From positions 1 to 51,428 of IMG/VR virus record IMGVR_UViG_3300042291_000667: a stretch of 51,428 nt of DNA. One strand, 5' to 3'. The notes beneath the pieces are model-generated. The model had not been told where the DNA came from, did no database searches, and worked only from the letters and a program-made list of their open reading frames with translations. The DNA comes from a virus (lineage: Duplodnaviria > Caudoviricetes). The position numbers and the translations under genes are program-made. Below are positions 8,425 through 18,103 of this stretch, one piece after another. The stretch's first letter is position 1, and every line of letters begins with the position of its first letter.

Positions 8425-10397
8425 GAGGCTGCCAAGTTACCAATCAAGTACCATTCATCAGTAGCGCGCTGTACAAGTGTTGCTGCAGAATACTGAGTTG
8501 AAATAAACTGTTTAGAGCTGTCAGAACGGAGAGTAACTCCTGCGCCGGCTGTAAAAGATACCTTGCCTGTTCCGTTGCGGATAACCAGAATTTGCGCGCC
8601 GACAGGAAATGCAACTGATGAGTTGGGAGGAACTGTTAGTACTGCGTCAGAAGTGTTAGTCATATCAATGACCTTGCCTTGATCTGCAAGTGTAAGTGTT
8701 CGCGCTGACGCTTGAGTTGCGATAGACGCTGGTCCGAGGACTGTTGTGCCTGAAACAGTGAGCGCTCCAGTTACGGTTGTTGTTATCCCTGTGCGACCGA
8801 TGTTTACTGCAGACGCGTATGCGTTTCCGATTGACACGGTTCCGCTTGACGTGCTTCCATAGCCGCCGTCGATTAATGCGTTTCCACCATTGTTGGTCGT
8901 TCCGTCAGAGGCACTTCCTCCGTACAAAGCTGCTGGACCACCAGTTACCACCCCTGTTCCTACTGCGTCGGCCCCTGCCAAAGTTATGTATGGAGCTGAC
9001 TGATTTCCTGACCCAGTTACTTCATTGGGTTGAATAAATAGAGTGCCATAAATTCCACCACTTGTTGTTATTTTTGAGCTGCCGCTCGATCTGCCAACTA
9101 CTGTTAAGGTATTGTTTATTGTTGTTGCTCCGGTTGCAGCGCCGATAGTTAGCGCTGTAGCAGCGCCAGCAAAGTTAACAGTTGTTGCTGTCGTATTGAC
9201 GAGATCAAATGACGTGCTGCCAGTGGTGAGACTTGTTGTTATTGCCGGACTAGTTAAGGTCTTATTAGTCAATGCTTCAGTTCCAGCAAGAGTTGCAAGA
9301 GTTCCAGTAGTTGGAAGAGTTACACTTGTAGTAGCAGTTGCTGTAAGAGTTGTAGCAAAAGCGCCAGACGTTGTGAGATTGCCGCCAAGGGTAATTGTCT
9401 TGCCAGTGTTCGCAACTCCTGTGCCACCGTATTGACCGGCAATAGCTGTACCCTGCCACGTACCAGTGGCAATCGTGCCGACACTAGTAAGTGAAGACAG
9501 AGTAGCAACAGCGTCGTTGACAAGAGTTCCAGTTGTTGGAAGTGTTACAGACGTATTTGCTGAAGTCACAAATGCAACCGTGTGCGTGCTAGAGCCGATT
9601 GTTGTATTGCCACTAACTGTAATCGTCTTACCCGTATTAGCTACCCCTGTGCCGCCATACTGACCAGCGACAACTGTACCCTGCCATGTGCCAGTTGCAA
9701 TTGTTCCGACGCTGGTAAGGGAAGAACCAGTAACTCCAGAGCCAAGAGTTGTTGCGCTAAGAACCGTTGTTCCATTGATTTCATAAACCTTGCCAGTGAG
9801 CAAGTTGAAGTCTTCAGACGACGTCCAAGCAGCTGTGGACTGTACCCAGTTAATCGTCTTGTCAGTCGCGCCTTTAAGGGTGATGCCGCCGCCATTGGCA
9901 GAAGTATCTGTAGGAGACGCAGTATCACCAAGAACGACATTGATGTCGTCTACAGAAATTGTAGTTGAGTTGACAGTCGTGGTTGTGCCATTGACAGTCA
10001 AGTTACCAGTGACAACCAGAGCATTTCTAACTGTTGTTGTCCCCGTCGTTGCGCCGACTGTTAGAGCGGTTGCGGCACCAGCAAAGTTGACAGTTGTAGC
10101 CGTTGTGTTGACTAAGTCAAACGATGCACCAGACGACACCAAGTCACTTGCAGTAGTTGTGCCTGACACGGTGAGGCCTGTAAGCGTTCCTAGACTTGTA
10201 AGGCTAGAGCTCGTAAGTGTTACTGGTAGTGTAGTTCCAGTGATTCCAGACGCGGCTACTTTTTTTACTACTGCCTCTCCGGTTGTCCAAGTAAATCGAT
10301 CATCGATAGAAGTAATGGCAGTGTTTAGCTTATTACCCCAACCAGTCTCACCGTTTTCTGGTAATGGTGTTAGTCCGTCAATTAAAAATGTTGGCAT
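8421..10397 (-). CDS. Thr/Gly-rich tail fibre protein
   Basis: GNLTVNGTTTTVNSTT..DD..V.LG motif; internal duplications (SFDLVNTTATTVNFAGAATALT x2, TSVGTIATGTWQGT..AGQYGGTGVANTGKTIT x2); C-terminal TVPPNSSVAFPVG...WYLIGNL domain. Confidence 0.8.
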   Translation of the reverse strand: MPTFLIDGLTPLPENGETGWGNKLNTAITSIDDRFTWTTGEAVVKKVAASGITGTTLPVTLTSSSLTSLGTLTGLTVSGTTTASDLVSSGASFDLVNTTATTVNFAGAATALTVGATTGTTTVRNALVVTGNLTVNGTTTTVNSTTISVDDINVVLGDTASPTDTSANGGGITLKGATDKTINWVQSTAAWTSSEDFNLLTGKVYEINGTTVLSATTLGSGVTGSSLTSVGTIATGTWQGTVVAGQYGGTGVANTGKTITVSGNTTIGSSTHTVAFVTSANTSVTLPTTGTLVNDAVATLSSLTSVGTIATGTWQGTAIAGQYGGTGVANTGKTITLGGNLTTSGAFATTLTATATTSVTLPTTGTLATLAGTEALTNKTLTSPAITTSLTTGSTSFDLVNTTATTVNFAGAATALTIGAATGATTINNTLTVVGRSSGSSKITTSGGIYGTLFIQPNEVTGSGNQSAPYITLAGADAVGTGVVTGGPAALYGGSASDGTTNNGGNALIDGGYGSTSSGTVSIGNAYASAVNIGRTGITTTVTGALTVSGTTVLGPASIATQASARTLTLADQGKVIDMTNTSDAVLTVPPNSSVAFPVGAQILVIRNGTGKVSFTAGAGVTLRSDSSKQFISTQYSAATLVQRATDEWYLIGNLAAS

Positions 10398-10427
10398 GTT
10401 GTCTCCAATGTCTTATTCATATTCTAC

Positions 10428-13400
10428 CTAAAGTACTCCCTTGCGCATATGGAATGCGAGCTGACGAGACACAACGCTGGCAAGTTCTACTTCATCCATT
10501 CCAGGCGATGGGTTGACGGTGATGTTTATCCCACCGCCATTGCTCATCAGTGCGATCATTGCTTTGTCGCGCTTTGACAGGCCGTCGGGATCGAGAGGTT
10601 CTACACGCTCTGCTCTTCCAGCTTCGCCGATGCGGGCAAGAGTTCCGCCCGGTGATGGGTTGATCACACCACCTTCGGCAAGTTCTGGGATGTCTGGGAG
10701 TCCAATAGTGAATCCACCAAATGAAATGCCGGCGACTTTTACTTTTGGAATTGAAAATTCTAGGCCGTTCCACGCGCGAATAATAAAGTTAATGGCATTT
10801 CTAAATGCGCCAACAATTGTGTCGCGCACTCCACCAAAGATAGATGTAGCGCCTCTAACTGCGCCTGTAATGAAGTCCCACGCACGAGAAAATGCTGTTC
10901 GAATTCCAGACCAAATGTTGCTAAATACTGTGCCAATTGCTTCAAATACTGGTCGAATAATGTTATTCCATGCAAATGTAATTGCGGTAGTAATGATGGT
11001 CCATATGGTATTGAAATAAAACTGAATACCGTCCCATAGAAGGTCCCATGCCACGCCAATAAATCCAAAGACTGGCTTAATTACGTTTTCCCATGCCCAA
11101 GAAATTGCGGTAGTAATGATAGTCCAAATAGTCGTATAGTACAGTCTAATGCCGTCCCATAGAAGGTTCCACGCAGCACCAATAAATCCAAAGACTGGCC
11201 TAATTACATTTTCCCAAGTCCACGATATGGCTGTGCCGATTGCGTCCCAGACCCACTCAAACGCTATAAGAATACCTTTCCACGCGTACTCAGCACCAAC
11301 CCTAATCCCATTCCAGACCGCGTCAACAAAATCTCTAAACCACTCAAATCGTCTGTACAGGACGACAACAATAGCGATCAATGCGACGATTGCAAGAATT
11401 ATCATTCCAACAGGGTTAGCTACAAATGCGGCTTTCATCGCGAGACCCATAGCTTTGACGCCGCCAGCAAACGCTTTCATGCCGGCGACAATTTTTGCAC
11501 CAGTGGCCTTGCCAAACGCTTGAATCGATCCGGTTGCTTTCTTTGTGCCAGGGCCAATAGCCTTCATTCCACTATTTAGCGCCTTAGTGCCACTTGTAAG
11601 CTTTCCTTGAATTCTAGTTACATGCGCCCAGATTTTAGAATTTTTACTCCACAAGTTGAAGTACGATTTTAGAACTTTACGACCAGACGCGCTAAAAACA
11701 AGATGCATGCGATACGCGGCTGTCCTGAATTTACCGACTACGTCGGCCATGCTGAGGAAGTCACCCTTGATGTATTTTCCAACTCCGCCGATTACTTTTC
11801 CGACGCGTCCAACGCCTAGGCGTAGTCCATGATACGCGGCAAGAACTGTAAAAATACCTGCAACTGCGTCGTTACTAAGAATCTTGTTAAGGATCGAAAG
11901 TGCTTCACTTAACACGCCGAAGAATAGTTTAATGCTTTCAGATTCTGAAACAGCTTTAATGAATCCAGTAAGCTGTACTAAGAAGTTTGCAAATGCTGGT
12001 CCAGCCGCGACAATTTTTTCGAAAGCGCCAATCAAGTTGTCTACGGCTCCACCCATTGAGTCGACAGATTTGCCGGTCTCGTCTGTTGCACCTGACTTTA
12101 AAAACGCTTTGCCGATGTCCTTGATGTATCCAAGAACTTTTAAGAAAACGTCAGATACTTTTCTAAAGAATTCTTCAAGCTCGCCATTAGCTAGCAGTTT
12201 AGCAGTAAATTCTTCAAAGCGCTGCGACCATTCCTCGATCGAGGTAACGATCATCTCACCGCCACTGCCGCGGCCCGCTGCAGCGCGGCCAATGTTCATA
12301 AACGCGCCAATAAGGTTGCCAATAATGTCGCCTAGGTTTGCGGCAACTTCACCGGCGTAGTCAAACATATCAGCTAATGCGCCGGTTTGTTGTTTAGCTT
12401 CCAGCGTGTTTTTCCAGCCATCAGTGATTACTGTCAGCCAGTCAGTGAACTTATTAATGAGTGGAGATGCCGCTGCCAAGAGTGTCAGCATCGAGTCGTA
12501 CAGATTTCCAAACACTATGCCAAGATCTTTGATTGTCTGGACGTTAGTTTGGGTGACGATCTCAAAGTTTTTTATGTTGTCTTTTTCTGTGACTACATTA
12601 GAAAGCTGCAATGCGACGTCGCCAAGTGCGCCGCCGGTATCGCGAAGCATGTTGATAAGAGGTTCTTTAAAGTTATCTACAAGGTTCTGAATTGCATCTG
12701 TTAAAGGAACAAATAAGTTTTCACCGGCGGCGACTTTTAAGTCCTTAATGTGTGGTCTTAGGCCGTCAATAAATTCAGCAAACTTTCTCTGAGCTTCTGT
12801 TAGCTTTCCGAGTGCGTTTGCACCGCCAACATCATCAAAGATTCCTTTTTCTGCTTTTTTAAGTTTTTCAACTGCTTCTTTACGATCTTTAAGCGCGGCA
12901 GCGTACGACATTTCTGCATCAAGAAGTCTTCTTGAGGCGTCAACAACTTCATCTGAGTTTTCGACTTGCTGCTCGCTCGTCCATTCTCCGTTATTTGTTG
13001 TTTTCTTTTGTTCTTCTTGAAGATCTTTGTTTCTGTCTACAGCGCGCCTGTAGTTTAAGTCGGCTTCTTTAAACGCAAGTTCAGCTTCTTTACGAGCTCT
13101 ACTGTTTGGCGGAAGGTCTTGAACTCGCTTTAAGCTTTCACGTGCACCTTCAAGAGCCATTGCAGCACGCTGTTGAGATAGCGCGGCGTCTTCTGAATCA
13201 AAGTTTAGCTGTTGAATTCTTTCAAGTGCTGTCGCGTATGATCTGTTTAGCGCGTCTTGTGCGTCTTTAAGTCTCCAATCAGCTCGTATTAGCGCGTCTG
13301 TGGCTTTTGCAGCTCTGTCTCGAAGGTCTTTAAGTTTTTTTGCCGCGTCGCCTGCGCCTGTGCCCATTTGTTGCAGCGCTTTGCCGATCCCGCCCAGAGC

Positions 13401-13781
13401 AAATTTGAGCGTCATCATTCCTTGTATCATCGCGCCGATGACGCTTGGGAACACGATAAGCGCCGGAGTTGCTGCGCCGATCTGCGCAACTAAAGCTACT
13501 AGGCCGGAGACAACGGCGCTAAGTACTGGAACAAACGCAGCAAGAGCGCCTTGTACGTAGTAGCTTCGCTCAATGAGCTGGTTGAATCCTTGATAAGTCT
13601 GTACAGCTGCTCTGTCAAGATCTTTAAAGCTTGCAGTAACTTTTTTACCGAATAAAACACCAATGTTCTTGCCTGCGTCACCGTAGCGGTCTTCTAGACG
13701 GTCAATAGCACGTTGAACTCCGTTGTCGAATTGGGACGTGTTTGCAATTACTTGAATAAACGCTGAGCCGACGAATGCCAT
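10428..13781 (-). CDS. Tape measure protein
   Basis: 1117 aa, Ala/Gly-rich and helical, with ANPVG(MIILAIVALIA) followed by periodic Trp repeats; directly after the chaperone genes. Confidence 0.92.
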   Translation of the reverse strand: MAFVGSAFIQVIANTSQFDNGVQRAIDRLEDRYGDAGKNIGVLFGKKVTASFKDLDRAAVQTYQGFNQLIERSYYVQGALAAFVPVLSAVVSGLVALVAQIGAATPALIVFPSVIGAMIQGMMTLKFALGGIGKALQQMGTGAGDAAKKLKDLRDRAAKATDALIRADWRLKDAQDALNRSYATALERIQQLNFDSEDAALSQQRAAMALEGARESLKRVQDLPPNSRARKEAELAFKEADLNYRRAVDRNKDLQEEQKKTTNNGEWTSEQQVENSDEVVDASRRLLDAEMSYAAALKDRKEAVEKLKKAEKGIFDDVGGANALGKLTEAQRKFAEFIDGLRPHIKDLKVAAGENLFVPLTDAIQNLVDNFKEPLINMLRDTGGALGDVALQLSNVVTEKDNIKNFEIVTQTNVQTIKDLGIVFGNLYDSMLTLLAAASPLINKFTDWLTVITDGWKNTLEAKQQTGALADMFDYAGEVAANLGDIIGNLIGAFMNIGRAAAGRGSGGEMIVTSIEEWSQRFEEFTAKLLANGELEEFFRKVSDVFLKVLGYIKDIGKAFLKSGATDETGKSVDSMGGAVDNLIGAFEKIVAAGPAFANFLVQLTGFIKAVSESESIKLFFGVLSEALSILNKILSNDAVAGIFTVLAAYHGLRLGVGRVGKVIGGVGKYIKGDFLSMADVVGKFRTAAYRMHLVFSASGRKVLKSYFNLWSKNSKIWAHVTRIQGKLTSGTKALNSGMKAIGPGTKKATGSIQAFGKATGAKIVAGMKAFAGGVKAMGLAMKAAFVANPVGMIILAIVALIAIVVVLYRRFEWFRDFVDAVWNGIRVGAEYAWKGILIAFEWVWDAIGTAISWTWENVIRPVFGFIGAAWNLLWDGIRLYYTTIWTIITTAISWAWENVIKPVFGFIGVAWDLLWDGIQFYFNTIWTIITTAITFAWNNIIRPVFEAIGTVFSNIWSGIRTAFSRAWDFITGAVRGATSIFGGVRDTIVGAFRNAINFIIRAWNGLEFSIPKVKVAGISFGGFTIGLPDIPELAEGGVINPSPGGTLARIGEAGRAERVEPLDPDGLSKRDKAMIALMSNGGGINITVNPSPGMDEVELASVVSRQLAFHMRKGVL

Positions 13782-13788
13782 GTCACTT

Positions 13789-13797
13789 CACCTCCTT
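13789..13797 (-). promoter_or_regulatory. Shine-Dalgarno site of the tape measure gene
   Basis: AAGGAGGTG 7 nt upstream of the ATG at 13781. Confidence 0.8.
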
Positions 13798-13831
13798 CCG
13801 TTGCGTCGTCATTATTCTATTACATCCTAGA

Positions 13832-14254
13832 CTACCTGAGTGGGGCGTCTAGTATGCCGCCAAAAGGATTAGGAGACGCATCATCAAACGATGTAGGAGA
13901 AACGTATGGTTTTGTCATTTGAGATCTCTCAAACGGGTCTACAGGCACTGGAATGTCACTATCATCGAGTGGATAGTCGATTTCCGGATCTCCAGTTAGC
14001 TGCTTAGTCTTTTTTGCGCCGTATTTATACTCTCGACCGTATAGCTCGCTATAGATACTATGGCGAATAGAGTCGCGTGCTTCAGCAACTTCTGCACTTG
14101 GCGGAAGAGAGTCGACTTCGAACATGTAATGAATAACATCAAACATGTCACATGATTCTAAGTGCTCTAGTCTAATTCCAGAGACTGTGCACTTACCATT
14201 AAGATACGGCCAGACGTCTATTGCCCACTGGGCAAAGCTTCTGGCCGCAACGTA
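13832..14254 (-). CDS. Tail assembly chaperone long-form (gpT-like) extension, probably reached by -1 frameshift
   Basis: The 104-aa ORF frame stays open upstream to 14260 (YVAARSFAQWAIDVWPYLNGK...) and overlaps the chaperone 3' end in the -1 frame. Confidence 0.65.
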   Translation of the reverse strand, partial: YVAARSFAQWAIDVWPYLNGKCTVSGIRLEHLESCDMFDVIHYMFEVDSLPPSAEVAEARDSIRHSIYSELYGREYKYGAKKTKQLTGDPEIDYPLDDSDIPVPVDPFERSQMTKPYVSPTSFDDASPNPFGGILDAPLR

Positions 14255-14568
14255 GGGCGGTTAGTGTATTCCTCAACAAGCCAGGCAACAATGTCTGATA
14301 GAGTTTCCATTGAGACTATTCTGTCTGGATCTACAGCGAGCTCGTTAAAGCGCTCTAAACTCTCAGGCTGAAGAACAATTGCAAAGAATCCTTCAATTAC
14401 TTTTGCAGACTCAGATGGGTCATCTGAGCCGGACTTAGCGACTAAGTCTAAAACTACCTTGCCTGGGATCTCTCCTCGACAGGTAAACTCTTCATCGTGT
14501 AGTTTAAACGTGATCGGCTCGGCCTTTGCGCCGGTACCGCCAGATCCAAAATCCTTAAAACGTGCCAT
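14218..14568 (-). CDS. Tail assembly chaperone (gpG-like)
   Basis: 116-aa acidic protein before the tape measure; ends ...LSDIVAWLVEEYTNRPT. Confidence 0.8.
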   Translation of the reverse strand: MARFKDFGSGGTGAKAEPITFKLHDEEFTCRGEIPGKVVLDLVAKSGSDDPSESAKVIEGFFAIVLQPESLERFNELAVDPDRIVSMETLSDIVAWLVEEYTNRPTLRPEALPSGQ

Positions 14569-14616
14569 CTTACTTTCTCCGTAAATTTCGTCCTACGTGG
14601 AGGTTCCACGAACTAT

Positions 14617-15030
14617 TTACAATAATACCAGAGGAAGGTACGTTGACAGGTACTTTTGCGGCTTACTTCCTGGATGCATGACTTGCCTTGAGTAGATAAC
14701 TCGTGAGCCTTTTGAGAAGCGTAATACGCCGCCTCTTGCATGGATCATATGAGGGCGAGTACCTTCGTGTACGTAGTACGCGTAGTTTAGCGGAGACCCA
14801 ACAATCATGTTCTGGCCATACACCGCTGTCTTTAGTTCAAGCTTCATTGATCTAGCAAGATTTCCAGTGTTCTTACCTACGTGCATCATCGCAGCAATAC
14901 GAATTGCCTCGCCACGCTTATATAGGTACTGTCCTAGTGGCCCAGTAGGGTCCTTTAGTAGGTGCATTTTTTCTGGATAGTTCCAGACAAAGACGCCTGT
15001 GATGCGTGGGCCGACGCCGCGCTGGATCAT
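14617..15030 (-). CDS. Neck/tail completion protein (HK97 gp10-like)
   Basis: TGNLARS...YAYYVHEGTRPH.I...V.HPG..P..YL motifs. Start reassigned to the ATG at 15030 (ATGA overlap with the upstream stop). Confidence 0.75.
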   Translation of the reverse strand: MIQRGVGPRITGVFVWNYPEKMHLLKDPTGPLGQYLYKRGEAIRIAAMMHVGKNTGNLARSMKLELKTAVYGQNMIVGSPLNYAYYVHEGTRPHMIHARGGVLRFSKGSRVIYSRQVMHPGSKPQKYLSTYLPLVLL

Positions 15031-15530
15031 GGAATTGCCATTGTCAACTGCATGTTGACGACTTGAAATCCACCTTCGGGTGGAGTAACGTCGGCGGTCG
15101 CAATAACGCCAACACCGTACCCGCCGGATTCCCACATGTCGAGTGAGTTAATGGAACTCATCAAAACGTACGCGTCAATCGCTGAAATTTTAGAACCATC
15201 AGTGATTTTTTCAGCAGACGGTGGACGTCCGTTCTGGCCTACTACAGGGATTTCTCTTGCAATTGTTACAGTCATTACCGCTGTTCGCGGCATGTTGCAT
15301 CGCTGGGGAGCCGACGCTTGGTCTCCAGGAGGCCCGAGATATACTTGAAGAAGAGTTACGACGAGCTGCTCACAGTCGATCGCAGTTTGGCCTACAGTCC
15401 AATACCTGCGCGACGGTAGCGGTACATTGTATGATTGAAACACTGCCTCGACACGCTCAAGGACACCGTCGAGAAAATCGACAATATTGAGCGCGCCTTC
15501 ATCTACTTGTGAAATATCTACGATTCCCAT
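15027..15530 (-). CDS. Tail terminator / head-tail joining-like protein
   Basis: 167 aa between the adaptor and the gp10-like gene; DCEQLVV and PPEGG motifs. Confidence 0.6.
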   Translation of the reverse strand: MGIVDISQVDEGALNIVDFLDGVLERVEAVFQSYNVPLPSRRYWTVGQTAIDCEQLVVTLLQVYLGPPGDQASAPQRCNMPRTAVMTVTIAREIPVVGQNGRPPSAEKITDGSKISAIDAYVLMSSINSLDMWESGGYGVGVIATADVTPPEGGFQVVNMQLTMAIP

Positions 15531-15539
15531 AACTATGTC

Positions 15540-16904
15540 TTATCCTAGTGTGTATGCGGTTGCGGTGTCTTCTGAAAGCTTAACTACTAAGTTTCCAGAG
15601 CCAATGTAGATAATTTCAGTCTCTTCGCCATTAGTTCTTGAGGCATAAAGATCGTAAGTGCCTGGATCTACTAGACCGATAGCTTTGCGGGCTTCTTCGT
15701 ACGTAATAGTGAGCGCTAAGACATCGTCAGTCGGGGCAGTGACTGTGCCAGTCGCAACTGCTGACACGATGTTTGCGTTGATCTTTGCGTAGGTAAGAGT
15801 TGTTGTAGTTGGCGTTGCTATGACAGTGTAGCTACCATTGAAAGTAGCGTCGACTCCAGCAACTACGATCGCAGAGCCTACGGCAATACCGTGAGCAGTG
15901 CTCGTTGTTAGTGTAGCGACATTGCTTGTTAAGGACTTGTTAGATACCGATTTTGCTGCTGGTGTCGGATCTGATATAACCACGGAATCAGTGATAGTTG
16001 TTGAAAACGTCTCAGCATAGTTTCTAAGAACTAAGTATGGAGTCCACCCAATTTCGTCAGCTAGAAATCCAGCGTTAATTGACTCAAGGGTTACTTCTAT
16101 TGTCTTGTCACCATCGACGGGGACACTGACGTCGAGGTCGCTTAGCCCGAGCTTGAGAGCTTTCGGATTGTAGCGACGAGCGCGCGGAATATCAGGAGTA
16201 AACACTCTTGCTTTTGCACGCGCTTTGTCTGGATTAACGGACTTTAAAAAGAGGTCAACTGCATAGATGCCAGTGCGCATGTCATCGATAAAGTCCTGGC
16301 TGTCGAGGAGTGTATATGACACACCTTGGCGTGACACAGATGTGACACGTTGTGGCAGCGCACAATCGTCTGATCCAGACCAAAGTTTGGCAAACTCGAT
16401 AGCTAAAGTTCTTGCGGCCATTTTTCCAAGTGTTGGCGGCTCAACGCCATACGTATACGTAACTTCAACATCGCAAGGCGTCCATGGAACACCGGCAACT
16501 GCCTGAATCGTAGAGTGATCTACTAAGTAATACATACTAGGACTGATCAGCTTGCCAACACGGTTTCTAATCGAGTGGATCTTTGTTACTGGTCTACCAC
16601 GAAGACGAAGACGAGCAGACTGTGCTGTTCCATCAGACGTAATGTCGTAGTAAAAGTCGACGTCGCTCGACGGAATGTTATATATTTCGCCGTTGATCAG
16701 CTCAGCGTTGCTATTGCGGATAGATGAGCCGTAGCGATAACGCCGCGAGGCGCAGACGTACCGCTCTGTCACTGTCGTGATTCCACTGTACTTTCTACCT
16801 GACAGTGACCACAACAGGTTCGACGCAGACTTAGCAGCCTCATACGCAAATTCAGACTCAGCGTAGTCGCCGAGTTCTTCTGGTGTGACCCACAGATTCG
16901 TCAT
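15540..16904 (-). CDS. Head-to-tail adaptor with C-terminal accessory beta domain
   Basis: ASNLLWSLSGRKY...C.LPQRVTSVSRQGVS...TGIYAVDLFL.SVNP core typical of actinophage adaptors; added TLTTSTAHG module. Confidence 0.75.
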   Translation of the reverse strand: MTNLWVTPEELGDYAESEFAYEAAKSASNLLWSLSGRKYSGITTVTERYVCASRRYRYGSSIRNSNAELINGEIYNIPSSDVDFYYDITSDGTAQSARLRLRGRPVTKIHSIRNRVGKLISPSMYYLVDHSTIQAVAGVPWTPCDVEVTYTYGVEPPTLGKMAARTLAIEFAKLWSGSDDCALPQRVTSVSRQGVSYTLLDSQDFIDDMRTGIYAVDLFLKSVNPDKARAKARVFTPDIPRARRYNPKALKLGLSDLDVSVPVDGDKTIEVTLESINAGFLADEIGWTPYLVLRNYAETFSTTITDSVVISDPTPAAKSVSNKSLTSNVATLTTSTAHGIAVGSAIVVAGVDATFNGSYTVIATPTTTTLTYAKINANIVSAVATGTVTAPTDDVLALTITYEEARKAIGLVDPGTYDLYASRTNGEETEIIYIGSGNLVVKLSEDTATAYTLG

Positions 16905-16933
16905 ACTTCCTCGTACTTCTCGTATATACGCAC

Positions 16934-16977
16934 TGAGCGGCGCACCTGGTAATTCTATACCGAAGGCACGCCGCTCA
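16934..16977 (-). terminator. Stem-loop after the major tail gene (no U-tail)
   Basis: TGAGCGGCG/CGCCGCTCA inverted repeat, extended by G-U pairs only on the minus-strand RNA; just after the stop at 16995. Confidence 0.6.
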
Positions 16978-16994
16978 ATACAAGCGTATTTTTA

Positions 16995-18044
16995 CTAAGA
17001 GGCTGGATCTTCTGTCGAAGCGATGATGAAGTCAATGTCCTCATCTTCGTTGAAGTCAGAAGCACCTGGAATGTTGGTCTCAGTTGTTGATCCCTGCGAC
17101 AGGAAGTCGTCGACTGTCCAAGAGCCTGCCTCGACAAGTGCCGTACCAGTGTCAGCAGCAGAAGTAATTGTTCCGCTTGTTGCCGTGGTGTAGGTAAATG
17201 TTGTCGTTGTTGGAACACTTGCAATTGTGTATGTTCCTTCAAGTGCTGGGTTTCCATTTGTGCCAGAAATTGTCACGCTGTCACCAACACGGAAACCGTG
17301 AGCTGTTGACGTTGTAAGTGTTGCTGTTGAACCTGTGCGTTGGCTGTTTGAAATTGTCTTCGAGAGGTCGCCGTGCCATTCGTAGAAGCCCTTACGGCCT
17401 GTCGGTGCCCATGTTGTACGTGCGTACGAGTATGGACGCTCAACGGCGAGTGGGAACTCCCAACGCTCATCAAGGCCGGACCCAAACAAGCTATTGCCGA
17501 TTCCGTAGCCTTCAAATGTTGTCGCAAGCATACCGTTTTCAATGACACGATCGCCTGTAAGACGAAGGCGGCAGTACGGGAATACCCAGTGGAAGTACGG
17601 AAGAGTCGCAGCGCGCTTGCCGTCTTTGACAGCGAACGACCAGCACTCGATTGCAACACCGAAACCTGATGGATCGTCACCAATGTTTGGTGAAGACCAG
17701 CCAACGCTCTTGCGATCTGGTGCAGCGAATGTTCCAAGGTTCTTACGAAGCAAAAGTCCACCGGACATAAGCTGAGTAAGTTCTGGGTCTGGTTCGCAGA
17801 TAGCGACTTCAAGAGTCACTCTCTTCAATGTGTCAGGTGCACGGTACGAAACACATACGGTTCCGTTTGCTGCCTTTTCGACGATTTCATCGCCTTCTTC
17901 GTATTCAGGCGTGAACGACATACGCATAAAGCCGTTTGTCGTGTAGCTGTCGCCTGGATCTGTAAGCATGTTGCCGGCTGCGTCGAGACGTGTCACACGA
18001 ATTGACACACCCTGAATGCTGGCGGCGTAGTCTTGAGTTGCCAT
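16995..18044 (-). CDS. Major tail (tube) protein with C-terminal accessory beta domain
   Basis: IRVTRLDAAG...EYEEGDEI.EK.ANGTVC...ICEPDPEL...HWVFP pattern of actinophage major tail proteins; AAGGAG RBS. Confidence 0.85.
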   Translation of the reverse strand: MATQDYAASIQGVSIRVTRLDAAGNMLTDPGDSYTTNGFMRMSFTPEYEEGDEIVEKAANGTVCVSYRAPDTLKRVTLEVAICEPDPELTQLMSGGLLLRKNLGTFAAPDRKSVGWSSPNIGDDPSGFGVAIECWSFAVKDGKRAATLPYFHWVFPYCRLRLTGDRVIENGMLATTFEGYGIGNSLFGSGLDERWEFPLAVERPYSYARTTWAPTGRKGFYEWHGDLSKTISNSQRTGSTATLTTSTAHGFRVGDSVTISGTNGNPALEGTYTIASVPTTTTFTYTTATSGTITSAADTGTALVEAGSWTVDDFLSQGSTTETNIPGASDFNEDEDIDFIIASTEDPAS

Positions 18045-18103
18045 TTAAGCTTTTCTCCTTGTTGGAATATTTGGGTTTGTCTGCGTCAATGTCTATGTCT
18101 ATT

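Noticed and set aside
10900-11300. Repeated DNA about 120 bp apart in the tape measure gene
   Set aside because: Ordinary Trp-periodic tape-measure repeats, not a CRISPR array or regulatory repeat.
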